DNA of 58,020 nucleotides from assembly GCA_050230475.1 (NCBI GenBank), contig JBFLGF010000141.1, positions 1-58,020 on the forward strand. Direction: 5' to 3'. The stretch is from Ancylonema sp. Lineage: Eukaryota. Shown piece after piece: positions 31,501 to 46,217 of the stretch; the first letter of the stretch is position 1, and every line of letters starts with the position of its first letter. A program made the position numbers and the translations under genes. Below the pieces are notes generated by a model. The model was not told the DNA's origin and ran no database searches. It saw only the letters and a list, made by a program, of their open reading frames with translations.

Positions 31501-34500
31501 GCTGTTGCGACGACAGCAGAAGAGGAGGGCAGCATTCGAACCCGCAGCCCTCCGCCGCCCCAGCTCAGCTGAGCTGGCCATCCGAGCAGAGAAGGCAGAG
31601 AGAGCCCAGCAACTCATGGCCCTCCAGGTGGCACGAGACGAGTCGGAGAGGGTGGCCAGTGCATGGATGACCCTCGCTCGGAGGGACCTCCCAAAGTGGC
31701 AGAGAGCCTTCTGCTCCACCAACAAGAGGCAGACCCTCGACCTCAGACGCTCAGCAGAGCTGTGTCAGAGAGAGGTGAGGCATGGATGGGGAGAGTATTT
31801 GTGAAAGCGAGAGAGAGGGAGAGGGACAGAGACAGTGTGTTTGTGAAAGCAAACAGGAGGGAGGGAGGGAGGGAGAGAGAGAGAGAGGGAGGGAGGGAGG
31901 GAGGGAGGGAGGGAGAGGGTGGGAGACGTAGAGTGAAAGGATGTGGGGGGGTTGTGCAGGTACGGGCTCGATACATGCGGTCGGTTCGGGCAGCTCGCCA
32001 AGCTCCGCTGCGGATGAGGAAGTTGGCGAGGGACATGCTGCTCTTTGCGAAAAAGATCGACAAGGAACAGGTAACACCTCCCACTCTTTGGATGACTTCC
32101 AGGATCCCCCCCCCCGTTCTGCCCTTATCTGACAAGAGACAAGGCAAATGCACCCCCCCCCTGGGAGTCACAAAATCGGGTCGCAAGTTCTGCTGGGAGA
32201 AGTATCGGAATATCGAGGGCTGGATGCAAGATGTTCCTTTTTCAGGCAGAGGTGAGGAAGCGAGAGGAGCGGGAGGTGGTGGAGCGGCGCAAGCGGGAGG
32301 AGGAGATGAGAGAGGCTCGTCGGCAGCAGCAGCGCCTCAACTTTTTGTTGACGCAGACGGAGCTGTACTCCCACTTCATGCAAACCAAGCTGGGTGGGAC
32401 AGAGGCTGGGCAGACAGAGGCTGGGGCGGAGGCTGGGGCGGAGGCTGGGGCGGAGGCTGCAGAGCTGCCAGGTGGCGCTCTGGCAGAGTCTATGAAGGAG
32501 AGGGCAGTGAGCGGGGAGGAGAGGGCAGAAGTGGAGCAGATGAGGAAGGAGGCGATTGCAGCGGCAGAAACGGCGGCCAGTCAGCAGTTGCAGAAGACAA
32601 ATGCGTTCGACAGCGAGAGCAGCAAACTGAGGATGGGAACAGAGGGAGAGGCCGCGGACATGGACCTCCTGAATCCGTAAGATTCGGGGGGTGGGGTGGG
32701 GGGTGGGAGGGTGGGAGGGTGGGAGGGTGGGAGGGTGGGAGGTTGACGGGTGGGGAGGGGGCGCAGATCCACCATGCCAGCTGCCTCCACCGTGTCCCAG
32801 CCGCAGATGTTCAGGGGGCGGCTGAAGGAGTACCAGCTCAAGGGGCTGCAGTGGCTGGTGAACCTCTACGAGCAGGGGCTGAACGGGATACTGGCGGACG
32901 AGGTGCTGCTTCTTCTCTACGCCTTGCTGGGGCTGTAGGGTTTTAAGGGGTTGAGGCTCACTCTGGTGGGAGGGGGGCTGGGTGCGGTTTGCAGATGGGA
33001 TTGGGGAAAACCATTCAGGCCATGTCCTTCTTAAGCCACTTGGCAGAGGTAGGAAGCTTCCTTGCACCTTCCACACCCTCACACCCTTCCTGCCCACCAC
33101 CCCCCCCCACCGCCCTTGTCCGAGCTGACACCTGTCGCCTCTCGGTTGGCCAGGAGAAGAACATCTGGGGCCCTTTCTTAGTGGTCGCGCCTGCATCCGT
33201 TCTGAGCAACTGGGCGGATGAGCTGGCGCGCTTCCTGCCTGAGTTCAAGGTTTTGCCCTACTGGGGGGGGCTGCAAGAGCGCACCGTGCTGCGGAAGAAC
33301 ATAAACCCCAAGAGGCTCTACCGCAAGGACGCTGTGTTCCACACCCTCATCACGTCCTACCAGCTCATGGTGGCAGACGAGAAGTACTTTCGGCGAGTGA
33401 AGTGGCAGTACATGGTGCTGGACGAGGCGCAGGCCATCAAAAGCGCCAGCAGGTGGGAGAGGGACAGAGGGAGAGGGGGTGGTTCATGGGTGTGGGGAAG
33501 GCGGTTCCGCAAATACGGGAAAGGCAGTTTAAAATTGTGGTCCTGAACATTTCAATTCCGGTGCCCTTGGTGTATCTTACTGTGTGTGGATAGTGATAGT
33601 GACACCCGGGCATACTCATCGTCACCACTCAAACAGAAAACCAGAACATCTGACAGGTGGGGTTTCGGGTTCTGGGTTTCGGGTTTTGGGTTCGGGGTTC
33701 AGTATCCGGTGGAAGACGCTGCTCTCCTTCAACTGCCGCAACCGCCTCCTCCTCACGGGCACCCCCATCCAGAACAGCATGGCCGAGCTGTGGGCGCTGC
33801 TGCACTTCATCATGCCCACCCTCTTCGACTCCCACGACCAGTTCAACGAGTGGTTCTCCAAAGGGTAGGGGGGGGGGCCCACCCAATGTTGTTTCAATGT
33901 GGGGATGGTGGTAACAGGATGGGGGATGGGATGGGATGGGGGTGGTGGGGCATGCAGTATCGAGGGGCACGCAGAGAACGGGGAGGGGCTGAATGAGCAC
34001 CAGCTCACTCGATTGGTGAGGACAACCAGACTCTGGTGTTAGAAAACACAAGTACAAAAACATGCTGCGTATGTGTATGTATGTATCAAGTGTTTGTGGG
34101 GTCTCGTGTACGTATGTCTGTGTTCGCATGCATGTACGTATCGTTTTCCTCCACGCTCTGTGTTATGTACGTATGCGTGTTGCACAGAACTGTGGGTGTC
34201 TGTTGTATCGAAGTGCGCATGTTCTAAGATGGCACTCCCCCTTCCTGCGCAGCATTACATCTTGAAGCCGTTCATGCTCCGGCGCGTGAAGAAGGATGTT
34301 GAGACAGAGATGACGGGCAAGAAGGAGGTGCTGGTGGACTGCCAGCTCAGCACACGGCAGCAGACCCTGTACCGGGCGATCAAGAACAAAATCTCGGTGG
34401 CCGATATATTCGACGGGGCAGGCGGGCAGCNATTCCTGCCTGAGTTCAAGGTTTTGCCCTACTGGGGGGGGCTGCAAGAGCGCACCGTGCTGCGGAAGAA

Positions 34501-37500
34501 CATAAACCCCAAGAGGCTCTACCGCAAGGACGCTGTGTTCCACACCCTCATCACGTCCTACCAGCTCATGGTGGCAGACGAGAAGTACTTTCGGCGAGTG
34601 AAGTGGCAGTACATGGTGCTGGACGAGGCGCAGGCCATCAAAAGCGCCAGCAGGTGGGAGAGGGACAGAGGGAGAGGGGGTGGTTCATGGGTGTGGGGAA
34701 GGCGGTTCCGCAAATACGGGAAAGGCAGTTTAAAATTGTGGTCCTGAACATTTCAATTCCGGTGCCCTTGGTGTATCTTACTGTGTGTGGATAGTGATAG
34801 TGACACCCGGGCATACTCATCGTCACCACTCAAACAGAAAACCAGAACATCTGACAGGTGGGGTTTCGGGTTCTGGGTTTCGGGTTTTGGGTTCGGGGTT
34901 CAGTATCCGGTGGAAGACGCTGCTCTCCTTCAACTGCCGCAACCGCCTCCTCCTCACGGGCACCCCCATCCAGAACAGCATGGCCGAGCTGTGGGCGCTG
35001 CTGCACTTCATCATGCCCACCCTCTTCGACTCCCACGACCAGTTCAACGAGTGGTTCTCCAAAGGGTAGGGGGGGGGGCCCACCCAATGTTGTTTCAATG
35101 TGGGGATGGTGGTAACAGGATGGGGGATGGGATGGGATGGGGGTGGTGGGGCATGCAGTATCGAGGGGCACGCAGAGAACGGGGAGGGGCTGAATGAGCA
35201 CCAGCTCACTCGATTGGTGAGGACAACCAGACTCTGGTGTTAGAAAACACAAGTACAAAAACATGCTGCGTATGTGTATGTATGTATCAAGTGTTTGTGG
35301 GGTCTCGTGTACGTATGTCTGTGTTCGCATGCATGTACGTATCGTTTTCCTCCACGCTCTGTGTTATGTACGTATGCGTGTTGCACAGAACTGTGGGTGT
35401 CTGTTGTATCGAAGTGCGCATGTTCTAAGATGGCACTCCCCCTTCCTGCGCAGCATTACATCTTGAAGCCGTTCATGCTCCGGCGCGTGAAGAAGGATGT
35501 TGAGACAGAGATGACGGGCAAGAAGGAGGTGCTGGTGGACTGCCAGCTCAGCACACGGCAGCAGACCCTGTACCGGGCGATCAAGAACAAAATCTCGGTG
35601 GCCGATATATTCGACGGGGCAGGCGGGCAGCTGAACGAAAAGACAGTGATGCACCTCATTAACATCGTCATCCAGCTCAGAAAGGTATCGTCCAATCGTG
35701 TCTTGCCACCTGTACGTCTGCCAGACCGCCACCTGGCACTCCGCTGAGGTGCGCCCATTCTATGCCCCTGCCAGGTGTGCAACCACCCGGAGCTGTTCGA
35801 ACGCAACGAGGGCAAAATCTTCTACCTTTTTGCCGCGGTGCCCGAGGAACTGCCCCCCCCCCCCTTTGGCGAGCTGGAGGATGTGTACTACGCCGCGCAC
35901 CGCAACCCCATCTCCTTCCAGGTGGGGCCCACACTGGACAGGGCAGGATCGTGTCCAGGGTTTTTCCTGGATTTTTTAAGGGTTTTTAGAGGGTCTCCGG
36001 CTTCAGGCTTTTGGGGTTTGGGGTGTCAGATTCCAGGTTTAAATTTTTGCGTCTTGACTTCAAATTTGCGCACTGATTCCATTCGGGTTTTGGTTTTCTG
36101 GCAGATTCCGAAACTGCTTTTCCGAGAGGGGACGCGCCTCCTGCCCACCACTCTGTCAGGCTCCGTGGACGGCCCCAGAACCAAGTGGATCAATCACAGG
36201 CTCTCCATTTTCGAGGCAGACAATGTCCACCACTCCCTGTTTGCCACCTCAGCAAAGGGGCAGGGGGGGACCAACACCTTCTCCTTCTCCCGCCTCCTTG
36301 ACCTCTCTCCAATACAAGTCCAGCTGGCGTCCCGGCTGTCTCTGCTAGAGAGGTGGTGCCTAGCGCAGGCGGAGGGGGGGGGGGGGATGGAGGTGGGTGG
36401 TTGGAGGGTGGAGGAGGTGAGGGCTCTGGACGAGCAGGAGAGGGAGGGGGAGGAGGGAGGAGGAAGAGAAACGTTGGAAGGAGATGAGGATGAAGGAGAA
36501 GGTGCCAGGTGGCGAGCTGTGAAGAGGCTTCTGGCTGTGCCCCCCAGAGGCGACGCCCCAGAGTTGAAGGCGAAGCGGGTGGGGGGAGGGGCTGGGCATG
36601 AGGAGGTGCTGGAGGCACTGGTAGAGGAGATGGGGGAGAGGATGCTGAGGGCGACCATGCTGCTGAGAGCCGTCCAGGGGGTGGGCCCCGCTGTGCTGGC
36701 GCCTCCGGTAAGGGGGGGCTCTGTGGCTGGTGCTTGGGACGGGAGGACGGAGAGTTGATGCCCCTCTGCCCTGATGGCAGGTGGATGTCTGGTGCGCGGA
36801 CCGCAGCTTTGCCTATCAGCAGAGGGAGGTGGTGGAGGACCCGTGGATAAAGAGGCTGCTCATAGGGCATGCCAGAACAGCAGGGGGAGGAGGGGGGGGG
36901 CCGACCATCCCCCGTCCCAAGCACCCCCTCATTGAAGAGTGCCAGGTGGCACGTGCAGAGGAGCCCCCGCTGCTGGCCGTGCCTTACGCTGTCTTCGGGG
37001 CCTCCCCGCCGATGCAGAGCTTTGACTTCGCCAAGATGCTCACGGTGGCTACCGACCTCTCCTGCGTTGCCAGCTGGCGCCAGCTGCCTGCCGCTGACGG
37101 GATGGGGGGGGGTGGGGGGGATGGGGATCAGGACTCTGGCAAGCTCCACACTCTGGACTTCCTCCTCAGGAGGCTCAAGGCGGAGGGGCATCGGGTGCTG
37201 CTGTTCGCGCAGATGACCAAAATGCTCAACATTCTGGAGGTATGTGTACCCAGCTCTGACTGCGTGGGGATGGGGGTGGGGAGGTGACAGGGGGTGGGGG
37301 GCTGGGGTGCGGCAGGAATACATGAACTACCGCAAGTACAAGTATTTGAGGCTGGATGGGTCGAGCAGCATCACGGATCGAAGGGACATGGTGAAGGACT
37401 TCCAAAAACGGTGAGTGTTGGGGGGAGGGGGGGGCTTATGGGCTGGTGAAGGGTGAAATAAAAGCCCTAAAGTCTTCAAAGTCTGAGTCAGCTTGACTTC

Positions 37501-38944
37501 CATCGCCATCTCTGCCCTTCTGCCATTCCTGACAGGGGGTGCCTCTACCTAAAGACCAACTCGGGTTCTGAGGTTTAAGGTCACGGGTTTAGGGTCTAGG
37601 GTTTATGGTTCCGATTTTGGGGTGGGGTTTTTCAGGCCGGACATCTTCGTCTTCTTGCTGAGCACCCGGGCGGGCGGTTTGGGCATCAACCTCACGGCCG
37701 CAGACACGGTTATCTTCTACGAGAGCGACTGGAACCCCACCATGGACCTACAGGCCATGGACCGCGCGCACCGCCTGGGGCAGACCAAGGAGGTGACGGT
37801 GTACCGCATGATCTGCAAGGGCAGCGTGGAGGAGAAGATCGTGAAGCGGGCCGCGCAGAAGAACACGGTGCAGCAGCTGGTGATGACGGGGGGGCAGGCG
37901 GCAGCGGACGTTTTCGATGCGGAGGAGGTGGTGTCGCTGCTGCTGGACGACGCAGAGATGGAGCGACAGATGGAGCTGCAGGCGAAGGCGAAGCTGGGGG
38001 GGGGGGCCAGGAGTGGGAAGAAGAAGAAGGGGGGGGGGTTCCTGGGGGGAGCAAAGGGGGTGAGGTTGGACGCAGAGGGGGGTGCGGTGTTGGAGGAGGG
38101 GGAGGGAGGGGGGGAGGAGAAGGGGGCTATGGATGCAGAAGGGGGAGGCCCCTCTTCTGTGCCTTCTAAAAAGAAGAGGGGGAGGAGCAATGGGGCGGCT
38201 GCCAAGGGGGAGCAGGAGGGAGGAGAGGCAGGGGGGGTAAGCAATGGCAAGCGATGAGGTTGGGATCTGTTCTCAGGTCTAGGCGAGGCATGGATGTGCC
38301 ATTGTTATGTGGGTAGGTTATGGAGATTGGATGCATGGGAGTTCGTTACAACGTCAAATGTGGGGAGGTGTGAACGGGGGTCAGTGTGTATGTGGGGAAT
38401 GCAGGAGAAGGTGGTAGAGGATGCGTCAGCTGGGAAGCCCCCCAAGCCACCCAAAGTGCCACGCTTGAGAACCCCTCGAGCGCCAAAGGGGCAGAAACCC
38501 CCGATTACGCAGGAGGGGGGGGGGATGGGGGGGGGAGGTGGGGTGTCTGAGGGGGTGGGTCTGGCGGATGGTGTAATTGGGGAAGGGGGTTCATTCGATG
38601 CCCCTATACCTGGACCTGGTAAGAAGGGGGGAGGGGGGAGGAAGCGGAAAGACGCCTCTGCTGCAGAGGGTGGGGGGAAAGGGAAGGGCAGAGAGGTGGT
38701 AGACAGTGTAGTAGAGGTGGGGCACATTGGGAAAGGGAGTGAGCCTAGTCCTGATAGTAGGGAAGGCTGGCCAGGGCTGGGGGTGGGGCAACCACTTTCT
38801 GAGGAGGTTGGCAAGGGGCCTGAGCTGAGTGGTCACGGAGGAGTTGGAGGCGTTTTCGTTGCTCGGAAACGGTCACAGCTGCCAAAAAGAAGAAAGATTC
38901 ATGCACCGATGGAGGGGGCGGGAGAAGGGTTGGATGGGGTTTAG
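28599..38944 (+). CDS. INO80: INO80 chromatin-remodelling ATPase, multi-exon; frame interrupted by an N-terminal duplication and an assembly overlap
   Basis: Probable exon 1 is 28599-28719, joined in phase to 29244. Plant INO80 block [26 protein letters not shown] domain ([20 protein letters not shown]); SNF2 motifs [78 protein letters not shown]. Last exon 38405-38944. Confidence 0.92.
29456..30658. repeat. Slightly diverged 601/603-bp tandem duplication inside INO80 exon 2
   Basis: GATGTTCAGAACGG at 29456 and 30057; ATGAGGCAGAGAAAG at 29621 and 30224. Confidence 0.92.
33233..35631. repeat. Apparently exact 1201-bp-offset duplication around the N at 34431 (probable scaffold overlap artefact)
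   Basis: ORF translations repeat identically at offset 1201 (for example 33584/34785 and 34036/35237), with an N at the junction. Confidence 0.93.
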
Positions 38945-40418
38945 TTGTTGTGGGCGGGGGATCTGGTGCGGGGGTAGGGTTGGGCGGTTTAGTTGTGGGG
39001 TTGTGGGGTTATGAGGTTATGAGGTTGTGAGGGTGTGGGTTTGTTGTCGGCCTACACGATTGATGTTGTGTTTGCCTTCAATTTTCAGATTGTTTCGCAT
39101 CCGGGTTATGTAGCAAAGAGTCTCATATATGAAATGAAATGCCTAGCCTTCAAATGTGTGAGACTGATAGACCATTCGTGGTTGCTGCCATGCTCACTAC
39201 CTGTACATTTACACGCGTACACATTTAAGGAGACAAATTAGATTACAATTTGATGTTATTTTGCACTCAATATGGTTTTGCACATCCTGAAAGTGTCGGC
39301 CCATGTATGATAGTTGTGTTGCCGATCGCAATCAAGAACCAGTGCAAGCAGTAGTGTGGCATCAAGTTGTTTCTCGACATAGTGGGTTTGTTGATGTTGT
39401 AGGGTATTACGGGAATCCCAGCGGATCCGTAGGTGGCGATGAATGATGTCGCACGCACGCACAAATATCAATAATGTATAGTTGATGATGCAATACGAGT
39501 AATAATCATGATTGCAAGAGGTAGAAATACGGAGTTGCATTTGGCATTAGTGTGTATGAGAGTACTTGGATGAGAAATAATCGTGCAATCACCAGACGGT
39601 AAGTAAGTGTGCTAAAATATTGGTACTCGTGTCTGCAACACAAGACCTTACATGACCTCAATGGCACTCTGGCCCGTATCGTCTTGGAGTGTGTCGCAAT
39701 GGTGTTCATCGCTTTTCTTGCATTCATTGTGCATTGTTATCGCGTTTCTGGCTGCATCCTGGCTAGCACATGCATTATATCTCCGACGACGATTCTTGCG
39801 AGCCAGTAATAGGGTGATTTGTCGATTGGTAGAGCTTACGGTAGAGTTCAGTATATTCGCACACATTAAAGTTTCGAACACAGCTAACCGACCTTGGAAT
39901 CGGCTAGCCCCATGATTTGGTGATTGCACACAATGCGGAGTTGTGATCCTCCCTGCAACTGATGACCAGCTGCGGATGGAGAGCTCACGGAGGGCCGGAC
40001 GGCTGGCAACCAAGTTGGGAGAACGCGAGGTTCCCTTTGTCACTCCGCGTGACACGCGGTCATAGCAGAATGTTGCACATTACAAAATTGCCACCTGTCA
40101 CACCCATGCCAAGACCTGCCCATCGGCCCTGACACGCCGTTCTCACAGCCATGCACGGAGCACTGCAGGAGTAACATAGCAGAATGGTTGCAGTGATCCA
40201 TAATCAGGATTCCCCGTACATGTGCCGTACTTAGAAGCAGGTATATTGTACTCCGCGTATGTCTCCAACTTCTGTCTGCTCCCTAAAACCTGTAAACAGC
40301 TGCTCATTACGTATTACGTAACTTGCGTTTTCATCTGTGTTTTCTGGAAAGAGCAAATTTTTGTCTCGGTTGAGCGCTTTAGATTTCGAATTTACACCGA
40401 CGGGATTCGATCGAGGTC

Positions 40419-41804
40419 ATGGGCCGGCTATTCGATTTTGGACTCAAGGTGGTGGAGGGGCTTATATGGCCATGGCAGGGCGCTTTTCTTTTCGGTTTAT
40501 ATGCCATCAGTAGCACTGTCTCCCTATTTTTGTGGCTGGCGCTGACTCCTGTCCGGATGCTGCACTCACCAACGACTCAGAAGCAGGTGCAAATACACTG
40601 ATGGAGAATGCCATCAATTTGCACAAATATTCAAATTGGCAGTATTTGCAAAATTTTAATGGAGAACCGAGCATTTTCTACTGGACGCTGTAAGCTGTGC
40701 AGTACGAGAGGCGAAAACTCTCGATTAGCTTAAATTTGTAGCATCAACTCAACACCGTCAGACCGTCTCTACCCGAGAAGGCAGTAAGACCCATAGGAGG
40801 AGGGATTTCCAGCTCTGTTTGCACTTTCTGGAGTCCAGGCTTGTCTTGAAAATAGGGCCTGACCTACCATATATGTTCAATGCAGGGATTGGTGAAAGAG
40901 CTGGAGCAGATGCGCATTCTGGTAGCACAGCTGGATGAAAAAGCCAATTTAGAGAGGAGGGAACGAGAAGCCCTATACGGGAAACTCGAAAGGGCTCTTC
41001 AACAAAGAGCTGTGCTGAAGAGCCGGGTTGTAACACTTCTTCAAGAGGTCAGCACAGCTCATTCACACATACGTCTGACGTAGTCAATAATCCTCCCCAG
41101 AATGCTGGCCAGGGCAAACTGGGTTCACATCAAATCGAGTTTCATTGCACTGTATGCTTCGGATCTGCTTCTACACGGCCTCTGCATTCGCTTACAACGA
41201 CATCATGTATGTATTGGTCTCATCCGTGAAACTCTTTGTATGTGAACAGGTGAAAGAATTGAAAAAGATAAATCAATACGTAGAGGAGGAGGTGAGCAAC
41301 CTTCACGAATCAAAGGCAGCAGCAGACGCAAATGTGGTACGGGCGAGCCTTGTAGTCGAAGAGTACGAGCGCAGACTGGAAGAGGCCGCAGGGGTGGAGC
41401 TTCACCCACGGGCACTGGAAGAGAAATCGCTTCCAAGGAAAGATCTGGAACCTGACGAGGTGGTTAATGAAGGAGGGGATACTGCTGGCTCTGTGGACGG
41501 TCTTCTGACAGCTGAGACGATGGGCAACGCAGCAGGAGCGAGACATTCACACCTCTCTGCCTGTCCCTATTCGACCTCGTTGCTCGTCTTTGCTGGACTC
41601 TGCACAGTGGTAGCAGGTTCTCTTGCAGTTGCGGGAGCCTATGCAGAGCAGAAGAGGCTTGTGGTGGCGGCACTTGCTTGCGATTTTTTGCTGGCAACCT
41701 TCACATCCAGATGGTTGAGCGACGCCAAGGCTGCAGCTTGGGGTGGGGTCGCATTTCTGAGCCTGTCTTGGCTGGGCCTGGGGCTCGTAGGGTTTGTGTT
41801 CTGA
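40419..41804 (+). CDS. Uncharacterised coiled-coil membrane protein, copy 1 (about 294 aa, 3 exons)
   Basis: Exons 40419-40586, 40886-41047, 41250-41804 in phase 0. Hydrophobic N-terminus, long heptad segment and three C-terminal hydrophobic helices; conserved in the duplicate. Confidence 0.75.
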
Positions 41805-42741
41805 GTGAGTGGAGCAGGAGCACTGGATGGCAGTGTGATGATTTCAGCAGGGGATCAGCCTTTTTGCAAAAAAGATGTACAGTGTGAGGTTAAGATATGT
41901 CATTAAATTTAAGACATGTGTCAAAGTTATGACACGCAGAGGCGTATGAAGAAAGCTCTGAAAGCAAGAACTGAACTGTTTTGATTAGATTATAGGCAAA
42001 ACTTTATAGAAATAGATATGAATCCTTGGCAGCTGATATAGCTTCTGCGAGCTACGTAAGTGGCCGTTTACGTAAAGGGCCACGCTTTGTGAATAAGTTG
42101 GATATGTTGGTAGCGTGTTAGAATGATAGCCAAATATTTGCATCATCTGAAATCACAATTTTGGGGTTCCCATACATCAAAGAGAGGTATTGTACATATT
42201 CATTTGTTATTTACAGCCTGGACGATGCCTTGATTAAAGCGACACTAATAAATGTGTCCAGACCGAGGTATTTCATCATATCGATGAGAGCTGATCTATT
42301 AAAAGACCAAATAGATAAACCGACATGTGAATCATGCAAACTCTAATTTGCCAATTGACCAAAGTTCACACGGCGACATGATACCAAGTTTGTGGACCTC
42401 ATCAAATCGGTGCAACACTAGCGTCCACCCACATGTGAAATTACAACAGTCGGCCCAAATCTATGCAATACACACAATGCACAATCTACTTCTAGGTTTC
42501 CAAAAATCTAATGAGGTAGAGGTCAAATAGTGGTTCATTACTGCTAAAGTCTGTACACCCCTAAAACATTCCCATTCGCATATGCCTCCTCTCCCTTCCC
42601 TACCTTTGTACCAAAACGAAACCATCCCCCCCCCCCCCCCCTATATGTATGGTCCTTTACATCCCACTCTAGACCCAAGACCTTTACATTGCATCTAGCA
42701 TTACACTTGCCGTGATCTGACCTTCAAACCCAGCACCTTTT

Positions 42742-43531
42742 CTACGCGAATCCTCCCAGCCCCACATGATCCCCCCACGCCGCCTGATCGCTCCCATCAA
42801 TATCCGCATGCTGGTTCCCAGACAGCAGTGCATGCCCCGTCCCCCCCACCTGGCTGCCGCAGTCTGGGCACCGACTGACTTCCATCGCCCCCCCACACTC
42901 CCCGATCACATAGTAATGGCCGTTAGGACACTGGTACCCATGCCCCCTCCCTCCCCCTTCCCTCACCATCGCCGTCACCACCTGCTGCCTCTCGCCCCTC
43001 CCCGCCTTCGCTTTCAACGCCTCCAGCGGCTCGTCCCCTCGTAGCGCCGGCAGAGCAAGGGCGTGGTCGCACAGACTCACAGCCTCTATGAACCGGCCGA
43101 GCTGAGTCAGCACTGCTAGCACCTCGACCAATGCCTTTCGCGCGAAACCAAAAGTGCTCCATGAGGCTTGCAGAGGCGGGTCCGCAGCGCCACCCCCCAG
43201 CCCCTCCCGCCCCCTCCCGCCCAGACAAGGAGCCAAGGGACTGCTTTCGATTATCACAACCAGGTGGGGGAGCGCAAGGGCGGGGTCGCCCAGGCTGCAG
43301 TAGGTAAGAGCGATACCCATGTGGGCTTGAGGGAGCTCCCGATTCAGTTTCAGCACATCCCGAAACAGCTGGAGGGCGTCCTCTCTCTGCCCGTCTGCCA
43401 GGAGGTCGTTCGCTCGATTGCACAGATCCACACCGTTGATCCGTTTCTTCACCTCCTCGATCTGCGCCAGGCGAGACTTGACGATGTTGGAGTACCGGAA
43501 GGTGCGGCGGATGGGGGTCCGACAGTTGGGG
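42742..43531 (-). CDS. Orphan duplicate of the ZNFX1-like terminal exon (end of RING-like unit, TPR, RZ finger); open frame and intact acceptor
   Basis: 790 bp, same length and phase as 50996-50207. CAG acceptor at 43534-43532; [24 protein letters not shown] motif. Confidence 0.65.
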
Positions 43532-43616
43532 CTGGGGGGACGGGGAGGATGGGGGGGGGGGGGGAGAAAGTATGCAATCAGATAAGGGTAGGGGGCGGGG
43601 GGGTGGGGTGTGGCAG

Positions 43617-45349
43617 GAATACATGAACTACCGCAAGTACAAGTATTTGAGGCTGGATGGGTCGAGCAGCATCACGGATCGAAGGGATATGGTGAAGGAC
43701 TTCCAAAAACGGTGAGTCGAGTTTCAGGGGAAGGCGCTGTGGGGCTGGCTGCGTATGGAGCCTGAAATGGAGAAAGTGGAGTTGCTGTTGGGGGGGGGGG
43801 GGGGCTTATGAAGGGTGCAATAAAAGTACTAAAGTCTTCAAAATCTGAGTCAGCTTGATATCCATCGCCATCTCTGCCCTTCTGCCATCCCTGACAGGGG
43901 GTGCCTCTTTCTAAAGACCGAGTCGGGTTCTGAGTTCAAGGTCCCGGGTTTATGGTTCTGATTTTCGGGTGGGGTTCAGGTCGGACATCTTCGTCTTCTT
44001 GCTCAGCACCCGGGCAGGCGGTTTGGGCATCAACCTCACGGCCGCAGACACGGTTATCTTCTATGAGAGCGACTGGAACCCCACCATGGATTTGCAGGCC
44101 ATGGACCGCGCCCACCGACTGGGGCAGACGAAAGAAGTGACAGTGTACCGCATGATCTGCAAGGGGAGCGTGGAGGAGAAGATCGTGAAGCGGGCCGCGC
44201 AGAAGAACACGGTGCAGCAGCTGGTGATGACGGGGGGGCAGGCGGCGGCAGACGTGTTCGATGCAGAGGAGGTGGTGTCGCTGCTGCTGGACGATGCAGA
44301 GATGGAGCGACAGATGGAGCTGCAGGCGAAGGCGAAGCTGGGGGGCGGGGCCAGGAGTGGGAAGAAGAAGAAGGGGGGGGGGTTCCTGGGGGGAGCAAAG
44401 GGGGTGAGGTTGGACGCAGAGGGGGGTGCGGTTTTGGAGGAGGGGGAGGGAGGGGGGGAGGAGAAGGGGGCTATGGATGCAGAAGGGGGAGGCCCCTCTT
44501 CTGTGCCTTCTAAAAAGAAGAGGGGGAGGAAGTGGGGCGGCTGCCAAGGGGGAGCAGGAGGGAGGAGAGGCAGGGGGGGTAAGCAATGACAAGCAATGAG
44601 GTTGGGATCTATTTTCAGGTCTAGGCGAGGCATGGATGTGTAGGGAGAGAGAGGTGGCATAACTATGACAGTAGGTTATGGAGGTTGGATGTATGGGAGG
44701 TCATGATGACGTCAAATGTGGAGAGGTGTGAACTGGATCAGTGTTTGTGTGGGGAATGCAGGGGAAGGTGGTAGAGGATGCGTCGGCTGGGAAGCACCCG
44801 AAGCCACCCAAAGTGCCACGTTCGAGAACCCCTAGAGCGCCAAAGGGGCAGAAACCCCCGATTATGCAGGAGGGGGGGGGGATGGGGGTGGGAGGTGGGG
44901 TGTCTGAGGGGGTGGGTCTGGCGGATGGTGTCATTGGGGAAGGCGGTTCATTCGATGCCCCTATTTCTGGACCTGTTAAGAAGGGAGGAGGGGGGAGGAA
45001 GCGGAAAGACGCCTCTGCTGCAGAGGGGGGGGTTGTGGGAAAGAAGAGAGAGGGAGGGGGAGGGGGGACAGGGAAGGGCAAAGAGGTGCTAGACACTGTA
45101 GCAGAGGTGGGGCACATTGGGAAAGGGAGTGAGGCTGGTCCTGATAGTAGGGAAGGCTGGCCAGGGCTGGGGGTGGGGCAACCACTTTCTGAGGATGGGG
45201 TGTTGCCTGAAGTTGGCAAGGGGCCTGAGCTGAGTGGTCACGGAGGAGTTGGAGGCGTTTTCGTGGCTCGGAAACGATCACAGCTGCCAAAAAGAAGACA
45301 GAGTCATGCACCGATGGAAGGGGCAAGAGAAGGGTTGGATGGGGTTTAG
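43617..45349 (+). pseudogene. INO80: 5'-truncated duplicate of the last three INO80 exons with a 2-nt deletion near 44530
   Basis: [15 protein letters not shown] and FLLSTRAGG exons are present with nothing upstream. GGGAGGAAGTGGGG here versus GGGAGGAGCAATGGGG at ~38180 shifts the frame before the last intron. Confidence 0.8.
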
Positions 45350-46217
45350 TTGTCGTGGGCGGGGGATCTGGTGTGGAGGCAGGGTTGAGAGGTTGAGTTG
45401 TGGGGTTGTTGTTGGCCTACACAATTGATGTTGTGTTTGCTGTGAATTTTCAGATTGTTTTGGGTCCGGGTTATGTAGCTAAGAGTCTCATATATGAAAT
45501 GAGATGCCTAGCCTTAAAATGTATCAGACTGATAGACCATTCGTGGTTGCTGCCATGCTCACTACTTGTACATTTACACGCGTACACATTAAAGGAGACA
45601 AATTAGATCAAAATATAATGTTATTTTGCACTCTATGTCGTTTCGCATGTGTTGAAAGTGTCGGCCCATATATGATAGTTGCGTTGCCGGTCGCAAGCAA
45701 GAACCGGTGCAGACGGTAGTGTGGCGCAAGTCGTTTCTCAACATAGCGGGTTTGCTAATGTTGTAGGGTATTACGGGAATCCCAGCGGATCTGTAGGTGG
45801 GCGGATGATCACGCAAGCGCACGCACACACCTGTCAGTAATGTACAGTCGATGTTACAATACGAATAATAGTCATGATTGTGTGAGGTAGAAATGCGTTG
45901 TTGCATCTGGCATAAGCGTGCAGGGTACTTGGATGAGCAGTATTTGTGTGATCACTAGACAATAAGTTAGTGTGCTTGTGTCTACAACACAAGACCTTAC
46001 ATGACCTCTGTAACAATCTGGCCCTAATCGTTTCAGAGTGTGCCCAAGTGGTGTTCAACGCCTTTCTTGCATTTGTTATGCATTGTTATCGCGTTTTCTG
46101 CATCCTGGTCGGTACTTGCATTATATCTCTGATATAATGCGATTCTTGCGATTCTTGCGAGCCACTATTAGGATGATTTGTCGATTGGTAAGAGCAGTTC
46201 AGTAGAGTAGAGTACAG

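Noticed and set aside
33233..35631. Apparent internal exon duplication in the INO80 ATPase
   Set aside because: The copies look identical and meet at an N (34431), which is typical of an unmerged contig overlap.
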